Assembly: GCA_948471525.1 (NCBI GenBank)
Contig: CAOKSY010000006.1
Location: 11,646 to 75,645, forward strand
DNA from: an uncultured Clostridia bacterium
Lineage (GTDB): Bacteria > Bacillota > Clostridia > Christensenellales > UBA3700
Reading direction: 5' to 3'
Length of the DNA: 64,000 nucleotides
Notes under the pieces: model-generated
Told to the model about the DNA's origin: nothing
The model's input: only the letters and a program-made list of their open reading frames with translations
The model's database searches: none
In this document: in pieces, positions 19,918 through 30,482 of the stretch
How positions within the stretch are numbered: position 1 is the first letter of the stretch
How the letters are laid out: the number at the start of each line of letters is the position of its first letter
Position numbers and translations under genes: made by a program

Positions 19918-20259
19918 CGTTGCCTCCGTATATTAAAAAATTTGTATCCTGTGAATTGTACCAAAAACCAACACAATCGTATGCCATTGTATCGACCCAG
20001 CGAAAAATATTTAATTTTCTACTATGTGAATCCATATAGCCTCACCGAAAGTATTGTGAGCGCTAACCTGCGCTACAATGTAATGATAGCATAAACAAAA
20101 TATAAAATCAAGCATTTTTCCCTGTTAGACGGCTTGAAGTCGAGATTAGTCTATATTTAATCGGAAGAGATTTTTATAATATAGTATATGCGACTGTAAA
20201 GATTATATAGCCGCGCTGACCGGTGCATGAGTAGTAGAACGTGTCTAAACAGATTAAAA

Positions 20260-20740
20260 GGGTTAGATCTCTCGACTACGGTCGAGAGAACGACTTTGTA
20301 TAACGGCGCGCCTTTCGCTTGATCGAAAGATATCCGTCGCTCACCGTGTACAGCAAGTACACTTGTGGCTAGGGTACTTCCGCTAAAACGAAATCCACAC
20401 CGCTCTCCAAAGTCTGCACACATATATAAAGAAAAAATCGCCCTCAGTGAGGCGGAAAGCGAGATGAATAAAAAATGAATAGGTAGATTTTTCGTCGAGT
20501 GAGCGTTTTATGAGCACCGTCGTACGTCCGTACGTCGATGCGAGTAGAATGTTTAATTTTAATCCCAGATAAAACTTCGTGAGGCGGTAAGCGAGTATCG
20601 CGCGTCTGCCGCGAGTAGAAAACGGCATACTGCACGAAGAGGGAGAGCAGTCGTACTTGCCGTACGACAAGCGACCTCGACAATGCAGTATACCGTTTAA
20701 TGCCGCGCTAGGCGCGTTATATCTCGCTTTCCGCCGAACA
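20260..20740. repeat. Intergenic modular repeat cluster R3
   Basis: A hairpin module sits at 20260-20294. The module gtgaggcggaaagcgagatgaataaaaaatgaataggtagatttttcgt at 20445-20505 also occurs at 30318-30368. A complete 161-nt palindromic unit lies at 20579-20739. Confidence 0.9.
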
Positions 20741-20786
20741 AAAACAATGCGAAGCACTTCTGCCCCGCACTGTTTTTTGGGAATGT

Positions 20787-20823
20787 TGCGGTCGGAAGAG
20801 GGATTAGTTCCCGACCGCATTTT
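20787..20823. terminator. 9-bp stem-loop 25 nt downstream of the 1259-aa lipoprotein gene
   Basis: TGCGGTCGG-n15-CCGACCGCA. The T-run lies on the plus-strand side, so orientation relative to the minus-strand gene is atypical. Confidence 0.4.
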
Positions 20824-20843
20824 GACTTATAAGCTTTGTTTGA

Positions 20844-23800
20844 TCACTCAACCGTCTTGTTGTTGATAATCTTTGCGGCCGAGAAATCGTAACCGCCGTA
20901 AGAGAATTCAAACGTGAGAGTGATTTTCTTACCTATCATATCGGCAGAAATTTTGCCGTCTACAAGATCAAACGCATCGCCGATTGCGCTGGAGCTTATC
21001 GCGATATTTGCCTTTACCGTCACTTCGATATCCGCAAGTTTTTCGCCATCGAACGTATCGCTGAGATAGTATTTGCCGTTTTTCCAGACAAGTCTCATAT
21101 CGTGCTTCTCGCCGTTTGTGTCCACTACTTCGAATTTTACAAGATCGTTAAAACGAGTCTCGGAAGCGATTTTACCGTTGTACTTTACATAAGTAAAGTT
21201 AAGCGTTTTCGCCAACGTGATAGCTTTGGTATTTTTGATCGTATTACCGCCGTCAACGATCGTATATTCGATCTCGAAATTAACTGACGGAGACGCATTG
21301 TTGTTTACAGCGCCGGCGCTTACCTTCAGCCATTTGTCGTAGGATATCACGCCGTTTTCCAAGATATCGGTCTTGGTCGAATCGTTTTTATCGTAAACTG
21401 TAACTTTTGCCTCGCGTTTTACGGTAGGATTATTCAAATCGTCGACCATATAGTACTTGCCGTCTTCAAACTTAAGCGTGAGAGTTCTCACCGGAGCAAA
21501 ATCGCCGTCGTCTTCCGCCCAATAGTATACATTGTATGCGCCGTCGATCTGAGAGCCGAGCTTGTCGATGCTAAACGATGAACTCCATACTTCTTCTCCG
21601 TTATTATACTTTCTGAACGAAATGCCGTATTTCTTAGTTTCCGACTTTGTGCCGTCCGCATATACGAGATTGAAGTGCAGGTATACGGAGCTGATCTTTG
21701 CTATATCCTTCTTGAAATTCATCTGAATATCGTCGACGGAATCAATGAGATTGATAAGTTCCTGTCCTTCCGTAGCGAGATTGATCTCACTCAAGGTCTT
21801 GCCCTTTATCTTCAATTCATAATCGCTCGCGTCCAGTATAGCTGACGTATTCAAACTTCCCTTTCTTGCCACTACTTCTATACTCAAATTTTCGGTCGCT
21901 CCGTAGGCAGCTACCTTTACCGAACCGTCGCTGTTGACTATGAGCGAAGGCATTTCGGGATTAACCGCTCTGAAAGTATATCTCTTATTGAACTCAGGCG
22001 CTTTATCATAATAGAATTCGATATAATACTCGTTTCCGTCGTTGACAAGGTACTTTCCGTCGACAAGGTTTGTATCGACAGACGCACCTACGGTCTGAAC
22101 CGTTCCGTCAGTTAGGGTAAGAGTAATCTGTGCGCCCATATATTCTTTGCTCAAATCGAGTTTTGCAGTAGAATCGTATTCGTAAGGGGTCAATTCAAAC
22201 GTCTCGGGAACCTCTTTATCGACTGCGAATTCCGCAGAATCGACTTCCGCAATCGTGAGTTTCAACTCAATCGCGTCCGCTCTTATCGGCAACGCTATAT
22301 GCGCAGGCAGGAATCCTCCTACGAGCGGAGCCTTATAGATATTTTTCAATACGTTGAACAAACCGTCGCTGAGCAATCCGCCCTGTCCGTCCATCGGCAA
22401 TACGTATCCGATAACTGTCTGCTCTTGATTGAGCAAAGTGGTATCGAGTCCGTTGATCGCTACAAGCTGGGTCACAGCCGTGTAAGTCTTTCCGTCCATA
22501 GCGGTATAAGTATACTCAATGTTCTTACCTATAATCTTATCGAGATCGTTGGCAAGTATATGGATGCCGTCCTCAGCGGTGAAATCAACTATATTTTGTT
22601 TTGTATTGAATACTTTGCCGGTAGCCTTGGGATCTGCATTTTCCAAAGCAAGCGGCTTGCTGTTGTTGAACGTACGCGCAACGTTTGCGTCGGTGGGCAG
22701 ATTGAGGATAGCTTCTTTACAGTTGAAATCGCTTGCTACGCCGAATTCTACGGTAGGAGCGTTAAATCTCAAAGTGTTAAACTGAGCGTCCGTATCTGCA
22801 GCGTCGTCGGGACTGAGAAGTCCTTTTATTATTCCGTCGCGGATATTTGCAGTATTGATCTTTATAAGATTTTCCAGATTTACATCGATCAAAGCATCGA
22901 GATTGAATACTTGATTGAGGAAATCGTAAGTCTGCTCTACGTCGAGCGCAAGACCGTTTTCATCTATAGTTATGCATTTGGTTATCAATGATACCAACGG
23001 ATCGAGCATAGTATTTACGTCGAATTGGAATTCTTCCTCGGAATCCGTCGGATCGTCGGGATCTTCGGACGAATCGGCATTCAGAAGGATTTCAAGATCC
23101 AAAGACGTGAATATGCTGTAAGTCTTTACCTCGGAGATCTGCTTCATAAGCATGCTTGCGAGGCTGACGACTTGCGTGACCGTAGTCTCGAAAGATTTAT
23201 CGGAAAACAGTCTGCTCAAGTTTGCCGCCACATATATTTTGGAAGTGCCGAAGTTCTGCGGATCGAACGCTACGTCAAGTATAGAAGTATCCGCCTGTCC
23301 GCCTACTCTCGTCGGGCACATAACGTCGGTACATACGACGCCGTCGGCGCCCGGAGTATGCTCGTGATATACGGAGAAATAGAGTTTCATCTGCTTGACC
23401 GCTTCATCGTTCATCCAACCCTTAGGATTTGTAGTGATAGCCGTGATAAGAGCAAACGGATCGATATCGGCTACGAGTTTATAAGAGAGATGTTCGTAAG
23501 TCTTACCGGTACGGTCGATAAGCTCAAAAGTTCCGTTGACTTCTACGTTGGCGAGATTGATATCTATAGCGCCGTCGATAGCTTCCTGAGAAAGTTTTCC
23601 GCTGACTGAATCATAGAAACCGTCTGCGATCTCGAACGCCTTCAAAGAAGCCGAACCGCCTTCTACTTCTACGCCCGCAGTTGCGCTTCCGCTCTGCGTG
23701 AGATCTATAGTAAAGTCAAAAGAAATCTCATTTTCAGCAAAGAATTTGCCGAAAATTTCAAGATTCTCTTCGCTGATCATATTGCCGATCAGTCCTCTGC

Positions 23801-24623
23801 CGAATTCGCTGTCGAGAACGCTCCAGATATGATTGAGACTGAGCGTAACGCTGTACACACCACCGTCGCTTCTTTGAATATCGTTTTCGCGGAAAAGCAC
23901 GCCCGGCAAAATAGTCTTGACTATCGCCAAGATCTTTTCGTCTGCGTTTATTTCCGGCAGCTTATCGCTTACGGACGACAGTATACTTGCAAGATTGCTG
24001 TTGTTGATAGCAAAAAGCTGCTCGCCTACCGCAAGATACATTGCTCCGTCTTGATAATAAAGTCCAAAAGACTGCTCGCCTACTCCGATTACCGCGTGGA
24101 ACAACGTAGCATTGTTGACCGCGTCGCTGAAATCGATATTGCCGGTCACGTCAACGCCCAACTTGGTTGTCTTACCGCCGGTCTTCACGTTTCCTTCGGC
24201 ATTGAGGCTGAGTCTTACCTTATCTTTGCCCGCAAGTGAAAAAGTATCTATCACTTCATCCAAAAGATCTCCCCAAAGCTGCGACATCGTGGGAGCCGGA
24301 GCTTCTTCGATACGGAGTATTACCTTGGTAGATACCGCCTTATAATTTTCAGTCTCGGGAGCGGATATAGTAATCTCGTATTCGCCGATCTCGGTATATC
24401 CTTTTGCAGGACTGTATGTCAACTCGGCTTCCGTATGGTTGAGCGAAGCCTTAACGTCGTGTTGTTGTCCGTCATAGATGAAAGTCTGTTCGGGAACTGC
24501 GCTTATAAAGCCTGCTTTCTTTTCTGTCTCCACGTCGTCTTTACAGCCGACCAAGAAAACACCGACAGACATTACTACGACAAGCAGTAGCGCAAACAAC
24601 ACTGTGAGTCTGTTTCGTTTCAT
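20844..24623 (-). CDS. Large lipoprotein of unknown function (1259 aa), N-terminal YDG-type domain, paralogue of 24828-27854
   Basis: Signal peptide plus lipobox (VFLVGC). TFIYDGQQH...ENYKAVSTKVILRI matches the YDG-type repeats of the giant proteins. It shares the motif ILDVAFDPQNFGTSKIYVAANLSRLF with the 1008-aa protein. The RBS is aaggagg. Confidence 0.85.
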   Translation of the reverse strand: MKRNRLTVLFALLLVVVMSVGVFLVGCKDDVETEKKAGFISAVPEQTFIYDGQQHDVKASLNHTEAELTYSPAKGYTEIGEYEITISAPETENYKAVSTKVILRIEEAPAPTMSQLWGDLLDEVIDTFSLAGKDKVRLSLNAEGNVKTGGKTTKLGVDVTGNIDFSDAVNNATLFHAVIGVGEQSFGLYYQDGAMYLAVGEQLFAINNSNLASILSSVSDKLPEINADEKILAIVKTILPGVLFRENDIQRSDGGVYSVTLSLNHIWSVLDSEFGRGLIGNMISEENLEIFGKFFAENEISFDFTIDLTQSGSATAGVEVEGGSASLKAFEIADGFYDSVSGKLSQEAIDGAIDINLANVEVNGTFELIDRTGKTYEHLSYKLVADIDPFALITAITTNPKGWMNDEAVKQMKLYFSVYHEHTPGADGVVCTDVMCPTRVGGQADTSILDVAFDPQNFGTSKIYVAANLSRLFSDKSFETTVTQVVSLASMLMKQISEVKTYSIFTSLDLEILLNADSSEDPDDPTDSEEEFQFDVNTMLDPLVSLITKCITIDENGLALDVEQTYDFLNQVFNLDALIDVNLENLIKINTANIRDGIIKGLLSPDDAADTDAQFNTLRFNAPTVEFGVASDFNCKEAILNLPTDANVARTFNNSKPLALENADPKATGKVFNTKQNIVDFTAEDGIHILANDLDKIIGKNIEYTYTAMDGKTYTAVTQLVAINGLDTTLLNQEQTVIGYVLPMDGQGGLLSDGLFNVLKNIYKAPLVGGFLPAHIALPIRADAIELKLTIAEVDSAEFAVDKEVPETFELTPYEYDSTAKLDLSKEYMGAQITLTLTDGTVQTVGASVDTNLVDGKYLVNDGNEYYIEFYYDKAPEFNKRYTFRAVNPEMPSLIVNSDGSVKVAAYGATENLSIEVVARKGSLNTSAILDASDYELKIKGKTLSEINLATEGQELINLIDSVDDIQMNFKKDIAKISSVYLHFNLVYADGTKSETKKYGISFRKYNNGEEVWSSSFSIDKLGSQIDGAYNVYYWAEDDGDFAPVRTLTLKFEDGKYYMVDDLNNPTVKREAKVTVYDKNDSTKTDILENGVISYDKWLKVSAGAVNNNASPSVNFEIEYTIVDGGNTIKNTKAITLAKTLNFTYVKYNGKIASETRFNDLVKFEVVDTNGEKHDMRLVWKNGKYYLSDTFDGEKLADIEVTVKANIAISSSAIGDAFDLVDGKISADMIGKKITLTFEFSYGGYDFSAAKIINNKTVE

Positions 24624-24827
24624 AATTTACCTCCTTGAATTAAATTCAATTATTCTTCAGTATCATTGTGGAGCGGCATACTGAATTCTAACTGAATTAT
24701 CGAAAAATTTTAGGAAGTTTTAATGATTTTTGACGCAAAATAATTTGACGTACCGATAAGGTCAAAATAATTAAAATGTATTGATATATAAAAATAAATA
24801 TTTATTTAAAATATTACGGCGATCAAC

Positions 24828-27800
24828 CTAATTGACCGCCGCTACGTCGACTTTGATCCGTATTACCGAAGATGCAGATCCCAAATTGACCGCTATCTCA
24901 TAAAAACCGCTTTGCTTAAACATGAGTTTGAACGAGACGGAAATATTTTTGTATATAGTAGCGGGAAGGACTATGTTATACGGAAACTCTATAGCCTGCC
25001 TGTCTATACGTGCGTCCGACAAAACGTAATGTCCGTCGGGATCGTCAATAATGCTGTACGATAAACCTCCGAAAGAATTCACACGTCCTACCCTTATCCT
25101 TACGCTGAGACCGAACGTCCCGCCTTCGTCTCCGTGATAGGTGTTGAAAATCTCCGCCGCGAAAGAATAATTATAGTCCTTAAAATAATATTCTCTCGAG
25201 GGAGTAGCGTCGACTATATCGTACTTGCTCTTATCTACCTGCGGTTCTTTTGGCGAGATATAGAGCGCCACGTCTGCCGACAAACCGTCGAATTGATACG
25301 TCAGCGAATATTTTCCCGTGCGTTTGAAATATATTCCCTCGTTTATTCGAGTAGGATCTGTATAAAAAATATCGTTGGGAGTATAAATATCAAACCCGTT
25401 GATCTTCATATATTTGAGCGGAAGCGTCGCTCTAGTCACCGTGCCGTCGGTGAGCGTCCACACTATTTCCGCCACGCGCAGTTTGGAATAGTACAGTTCC
25501 TCTTTGAACTCTAGCGTAAGCTCGTCCGTACTAGTCGCCAGTCGAACGTCGCTCGCAGGAGTTATCGCGAGTTTATATCCTTTGTAATGACCGTACAAAT
25601 AGAAGTTGAGCACCGTATCGGAAGAAGACTTGATAAACCGTCTGGAAGAGGAACTTTCGCTTTCTTTAAAAATCACGTCAGACGCATTGGTCGCATAAAC
25701 GTATCTCGTCTTGATCTTTCCGTTATCAAAATGTATATCCGCGCTGATCCTATCGGGAATATCTCCCGTAGACAGTCTCTCGCCTTGCATATAAGAAGTC
25801 TTTTGAGGGCGTGAAAATTCCACGCTGTCCACATCGTCAAGTTTTATATATGTTTCTACGCATACGCAAAGCCATTTTCTCCACTCGTAATTACCTATCT
25901 CTTCCCATATTAATTTCCACAGTTCTTTGCCTACAGGCAGACAATAAAGTTTGACCTTCTGCCAATCGTTGCTTGCCAAATCTATTTCGCTGTGATCTAC
26001 TATGCGCAACTTACAATCGGAAGTCTCTCCGTAGATATTCTCTCCTTGTGCATTTATATAAGATCCGGACAAATCGTCGATCTCCTGCCGCGACATAGGC
26101 ACAAAGGAATCGAAGAGCACACCGTCTTCATAAATATCGTTATATATCGGCGCAGTCTCGCCAACTCCGTCCACTGTATCAGTATCAAGTTTATAAGAGA
26201 TATTAGGAGCGGATAGCAATGTCGCCGTATATTGTTTTGTACCCGCGACGTCGTTGCCGTAGAGATGAACGGCGCTGCGCTTTACGTCGTAATCGGACAC
26301 GTTCCATCTTAGATATTCTTGCTCTACGGAAACCGTATCTATATAATACGCATCGCCTTTGAACAACGTCATAAACGTTTTTATGCTTTCGCCGTCAAAC
26401 CCCGCAAGAGCCAATATTCTCTCTATAGACGCGGAGATAGAACCGTCGGAATAGATGAGAGACATAAGTATCTCCTCCGCAAGCGTGCTTCCCGATTCCT
26501 GTCCGTAGGTTGCGACGGCGTCGACATTCTGTCTCGACAGCGTGTCGGACGATATGACTGCGAGGAAGTATTCTGGGATGAAATTAGATACGATAGATTC
26601 CGCGCTCGTAAACGAAGATACAAATCTTTTGCTCAAAAAAGCCCTCGCGCCCACGCTCACGTAGACGTCGTAAGTGCCGAAGTCGTCGGGAGAAAAAGCC
26701 ACGTCCAGTACGGCGCCCTTTGCTCTGTCGTATTTGTCGGAACAAAATGCGGCGCACTTATCAGAACATCGATGCGACATTCTGAAATGAAAGAAGTTGT
26801 CGCTCTCGAGGCTTTTGAGATCGCCGCCTCCTGCAAAAAGATCGAGTATATCTATCTTTGCTCTGAATTCATAATCGTATTCCATCTCCGTCCGCTCCGC
26901 AGAGGAATTTTCCAATTTGACTTTTCCCACAGTAGTTACGTCGGTAAGTCTGCCCGCTTCGTAAAGGGACTCGTCGGGTATATATTTAGAGAGATCCTTG
27001 CGTCCGTTAGAAATGGTGTATTCCGGAACAATTACGCCCAACTCCTTTTCAGTATCGTCGCGATCGTTTCTATAATAAAGACTTTGACAATCTACAGAAC
27101 TTATCTTACCGCCTTCCAGAGCGATACATATCTCGCCCTTTAAAGAGGGAGTGCGATCGAGCATATCAGAATAATTTTCCACTTTTGCCAATGAGAAAAA
27201 TACCTTTTGCAGCACTTCGGGAAGAGAGAGAAACATATCCTTTGATACAGCGTTGTCAAGACCTTTTTTCAAATCGAAATCAAAATAATACTTAGTGCCG
27301 TCGGCATTGACGTTGCCGTCGGTAAAAAATATTCCGCCAAGCGCAACGAAAAGCGCTCCCGGCGTGGAATAATCCACTCCGCCGCCCATAGCTTTTGCCG
27401 CCGTAGTCAATGTATATATAAGAGGCGCGTGATCGAATACGTTGCGTTGATATTCGCCCGCGTCGTCCTGCCACAGACTCCAATATAGAGTGTCGTCGCA
27501 AGAATATACGTCAAGCAATATCTTACTTTCCCCGTCGCGGACACGTTCTATTCTAAGCGCTCCCTGCTGTCCTGAGCGCGAATTCAAATCGAGATTTAAT
27601 TCAAGAGCGCATTCATATCCATCTCCCGTATTTTTATCCTCGGCTTGAGCGCGAATAGAAAAAACAACGGGTTTCTCTGTAGATATATTCATATACTGCC
27701 TGTCGAGCGCAGCCGCGATATCGACCAAAAAATCTTGCCAAGGAGTGATGGGAAGATTTTCGTCGTTTCTTTTCGAGCCGTCGCAAGCCGTCGCGCATAC

Positions 27801-27854
27801 AAATAACGAGATCAACAGCAATATCGATAATATCACAAAAACTCTGCGACGCAT
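24828..27854 (-). CDS. Large lipoprotein of unknown function (1008 aa), co-transcribed with the two-component system
   Basis: Signal peptide plus lipobox (VCATAC). VLDVAFSPDDFGTYDVYVSVGARAFLSKRF is homologous to the 1259-aa protein. The ATG lies 1 nt after the histidine kinase TAG stop. Confidence 0.85.
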   Translation of the reverse strand: MRRRVFVILSILLLISLFVCATACDGSKRNDENLPITPWQDFLVDIAAALDRQYMNISTEKPVVFSIRAQAEDKNTGDGYECALELNLDLNSRSGQQGALRIERVRDGESKILLDVYSCDDTLYWSLWQDDAGEYQRNVFDHAPLIYTLTTAAKAMGGGVDYSTPGALFVALGGIFFTDGNVNADGTKYYFDFDLKKGLDNAVSKDMFLSLPEVLQKVFFSLAKVENYSDMLDRTPSLKGEICIALEGGKISSVDCQSLYYRNDRDDTEKELGVIVPEYTISNGRKDLSKYIPDESLYEAGRLTDVTTVGKVKLENSSAERTEMEYDYEFRAKIDILDLFAGGGDLKSLESDNFFHFRMSHRCSDKCAAFCSDKYDRAKGAVLDVAFSPDDFGTYDVYVSVGARAFLSKRFVSSFTSAESIVSNFIPEYFLAVISSDTLSRQNVDAVATYGQESGSTLAEEILMSLIYSDGSISASIERILALAGFDGESIKTFMTLFKGDAYYIDTVSVEQEYLRWNVSDYDVKRSAVHLYGNDVAGTKQYTATLLSAPNISYKLDTDTVDGVGETAPIYNDIYEDGVLFDSFVPMSRQEIDDLSGSYINAQGENIYGETSDCKLRIVDHSEIDLASNDWQKVKLYCLPVGKELWKLIWEEIGNYEWRKWLCVCVETYIKLDDVDSVEFSRPQKTSYMQGERLSTGDIPDRISADIHFDNGKIKTRYVYATNASDVIFKESESSSSRRFIKSSSDTVLNFYLYGHYKGYKLAITPASDVRLATSTDELTLEFKEELYYSKLRVAEIVWTLTDGTVTRATLPLKYMKINGFDIYTPNDIFYTDPTRINEGIYFKRTGKYSLTYQFDGLSADVALYISPKEPQVDKSKYDIVDATPSREYYFKDYNYSFAAEIFNTYHGDEGGTFGLSVRIRVGRVNSFGGLSYSIIDDPDGHYVLSDARIDRQAIEFPYNIVLPATIYKNISVSFKLMFKQSGFYEIAVNLGSASSVIRIKVDVAAVN

Positions 27855-27855
27855 T

Positions 27856-29091
27856 CTAACCCCGCTCAGGCAGCGTAGCGGTTATGACTATACCGCTGGG
27901 CACGTTGTGCATAGCGTATATCCTGCCGCCGACTTCCTCGACTATATTTTTGGCAATAGCAAGTCCCAGACCGGTTCCCTGCGTACTCTTTGCGTTTTCA
28001 CCCCTGAAAAATCTATCGAATATCTTTTCCTCGTCGCCGTCGGCAATACCTATGCCTGTATCGGCAACGCTGAGTATACATCCGCCGTCGCCGCGCTTGA
28101 GAGTAACCTTTATCCTATCCCCCTCTCGAGTATACTTGACGGAGTTTTCCAATAGAATGATGACAAGCTGCTTTAGTTTTTCCGCGTCTATGTTCGCGGG
28201 CGCGGATTGAATATTTGCGATAAGCGTACGGTTGGACTCGCCTATTATCTCGCTGTATATCTCGAGTACTCCGGATACGGTTTCTCCCGCGTCGGACACC
28301 TTGTCCGTCTTTGCAGACGGCGTAGAAACGCTGCGCATAAGATCCTGAGACAGAGAAGTTATGTGCTCTACTTCGCTTATAGTATTCTCAAGCAGATCGC
28401 TAACTTGCAAGACCGTGCTGTCGGGCGAAGCCAAAATATTTTCCATATTGCCGCGTATCACGGTCAACGGAGTGCGTATCTCGTGAGTCATCTCGTGAAT
28501 AAACTGCTTTTGCTGATTTATCGCGCGCACCACGGGACGTCCCATCAAAAAGGCAAATGCGGTATATATACCCATTACCGTTACGAACGCGACAGGGAAA
28601 AACCATACGAACGGCGTAACTTTATCGTATTCTTCAAGCAAGTCCGCCTGCATCAAAAGTTTGATATATACGCCGTCTCCATAGACGAACGTGTAAGTCT
28701 TATAAGAGTAATCGCCGATCTTTTCCGATACGACTTTATTGAAATAAGAGGGCAAGCCTGTAATATTTTTTTCGAGATAATCATTGGACGTATAGGCTCC
28801 CAAAGTGCTGTTGTCGTCGCGCCTCTTGTACATTACGATATCTATATTTTCTCTATACAGAAAATGATCGCCGTCGTTTTCTTCTAGCAGCGTCTCTATC
28901 GACGACAGTTGACTTTCGCCCAATCTGTCGGCATATTCGCGCATTATTCTGTCAGCCGTCTTATCTCCGACAGCCAAAGCCTGACATACCAATCCCGCTC
29001 CGAGAATTATAAGTATCGCAAGCGTGACGAATCCTGCAATCCAAGCTCTGCTCTGCCAACTCTTTGTAGTAATGATATGACTGCTGTTCAT
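27856..29091 (-). CDS. Sensor histidine kinase (two TM segments, ~130-aa extracytoplasmic loop)
   Basis: The H-box is HEIRTPLTVIRGN, the N-box is LLENSVKYT and the G-box is GTGLGLAIAKNIVE. It overlaps the response regulator gene by 4 nt. Confidence 0.93.
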   Translation of the reverse strand: MNSSHIITTKSWQSRAWIAGFVTLAILIILGAGLVCQALAVGDKTADRIMREYADRLGESQLSSIETLLEENDGDHFLYRENIDIVMYKRRDDNSTLGAYTSNDYLEKNITGLPSYFNKVVSEKIGDYSYKTYTFVYGDGVYIKLLMQADLLEEYDKVTPFVWFFPVAFVTVMGIYTAFAFLMGRPVVRAINQQKQFIHEMTHEIRTPLTVIRGNMENILASPDSTVLQVSDLLENTISEVEHITSLSQDLMRSVSTPSAKTDKVSDAGETVSGVLEIYSEIIGESNRTLIANIQSAPANIDAEKLKQLVIILLENSVKYTREGDRIKVTLKRGDGGCILSVADTGIGIADGDEEKIFDRFFRGENAKSTQGTGLGLAIAKNIVEEVGGRIYAMHNVPSGIVITATLPERG

Positions 29092-29789
29092 TGTCTATCC
29101 TCTCCGCCGTCCGATCTGTATCCGCTTTCCGTCCATCGATAGCCCACCGTCTTCAACGTCTGCAGACAGTCCTGCATACCTATCGACGAAAGCAACTTCC
29201 TCAATCTGTATACGTAGACCTCAATAACGTTCTGAATAGTGTCGCTGTAAAATCCGCATACACTGTCAAAAAGCTGTTGCTTAGTGACCGTGATCTCTTT
29301 ATTTTTAATCAAGGTCTCCAGCACCTCGTACATTTTTCCGTTGATCGGCAATTCCTTATCTCTGTACGTAACGCTCTTGCTCTTATAATCGACGTTTAAA
29401 TCGCCGAGCTTGTACCTCAACGCACGGAAATCCCTGTGATATCTGCGCATAGTCGCCTGAACCCTAGCAAGCAATTCCTCTCTGGAAAATGGCTTGACCA
29501 TATAGTCGTCCGCTCCGAGATTGAGGAATTCTACTTTACGTTCGAGCTGACCTATAGCGGATAGAATTATTATAGGCGTAAGCTTCTGTTTGCGCACGCT
29601 TCTCAATACTTCTTCCCCGTTCATTTTCGGCAACATAATATCGAGTATGACGATGTCGTATTCTTCAGTAAGAATTTTATTCAATCCGCTCTCTCCGTCA
29701 TAAGCCGCATCGGTATCGGCAATTCCCGCCAACATAAGTCTCAACGCGTCCGACAACGGCTTGTCGTCTTCGATAACAAGCGCTCTCAT
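29088..29789 (-). CDS. OmpR-family response regulator
   Basis: The receiver domain has DIVILDIMLPKMNG and the pattern K..PIIILSA. The winged-helix C-terminus has IEVYVYRLRKLL. The RBS is aaggagaggg. Confidence 0.93.
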   Translation of the reverse strand: MRALVIEDDKPLSDALRLMLAGIADTDAAYDGESGLNKILTEEYDIVILDIMLPKMNGEEVLRSVRKQKLTPIIILSAIGQLERKVEFLNLGADDYMVKPFSREELLARVQATMRRYHRDFRALRYKLGDLNVDYKSKSVTYRDKELPINGKMYEVLETLIKNKEITVTKQQLFDSVCGFYSDTIQNVIEVYVYRLRKLLSSIGMQDCLQTLKTVGYRWTESGYRSDGGEDRQ

Positions 29790-30090
29790 AGTATCCCTCT
29801 CCTTGTATGTATATACGTATGCGTAATTTATATATTTATTCGCAGTGCCCGAAAAGCACTGCCTTTTTAGTCAATAAACCTATAGTTTTACTGACTTTGC
29901 AGCATTTTCTAAAAAACGCGCTTTCGTCGGTTATTTCTACACAATAAGTATACCCTAAAGCCCTGTCTAATTCAATATCTTTGGGTCAAATAATGTATAC
30001 TTTTCTTAGAATAAATCGTTATTTGTCGACAGTATATTGCAAATCGAGCCTTATTATCGCGCGGCAACTAAATCTCTCGATCATTTATTT

Positions 30091-30482
30091 GGATGAGATT
30101 TCTCGACTATGCTCGTAAGGAGCGAAGCGACGGCATAGCGAGCAAGCAGGTGCGTCTCGTGCGAGCGTCAATGACAAGTCATAAAGTCGTCATATTGAGC
30201 GTAACGTAGTGCAGTCGAAATATCTAATCAATTTGATTAATAGGATTAGATCTCTCCGCTACGGTCGAGATGACAGCTTTTTTGCTAGAAATTACAGAAT
30301 TATTAAATTATAAAAACGTGAGGTGGGAAGCGAGATGAATAAATAAGGAATAGGTAGATTTTTCGTTGAGACGCTATAAGAAAAAAATCGCTCGTACTTG
30401 ACGTACGAGTCGACTTTTTTATTACAGTGTATCGGCGGAGATGCCTATTTACTTTTATTCAGCCTCGCTTTCCGCCGAAATC
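30091..30482. repeat. Intergenic modular repeat cluster R4
   Basis: Hairpin modules sit at 30091-30120 and 30243-30275. A 63-nt module at about 30113-30175 is the reverse complement of 47116-47178. The terminator-hairpin module is at 30371-30426. The right arm ends in ctcgctttccgccgaaa, 3 nt before the ypeB stop. Confidence 0.9.

Noticed and set aside
19918-20160. Riboswitch (for example a PRPP/ykkC-type) in the ~240-nt leader of the prs-like gene.
   Set aside because: Only short generic hairpins (AGCGC/GCGCT and CTCAC/GTGAG) are visible. I could not find any conserved riboswitch core sequence, so this is not reportable without a covariance-model scan.
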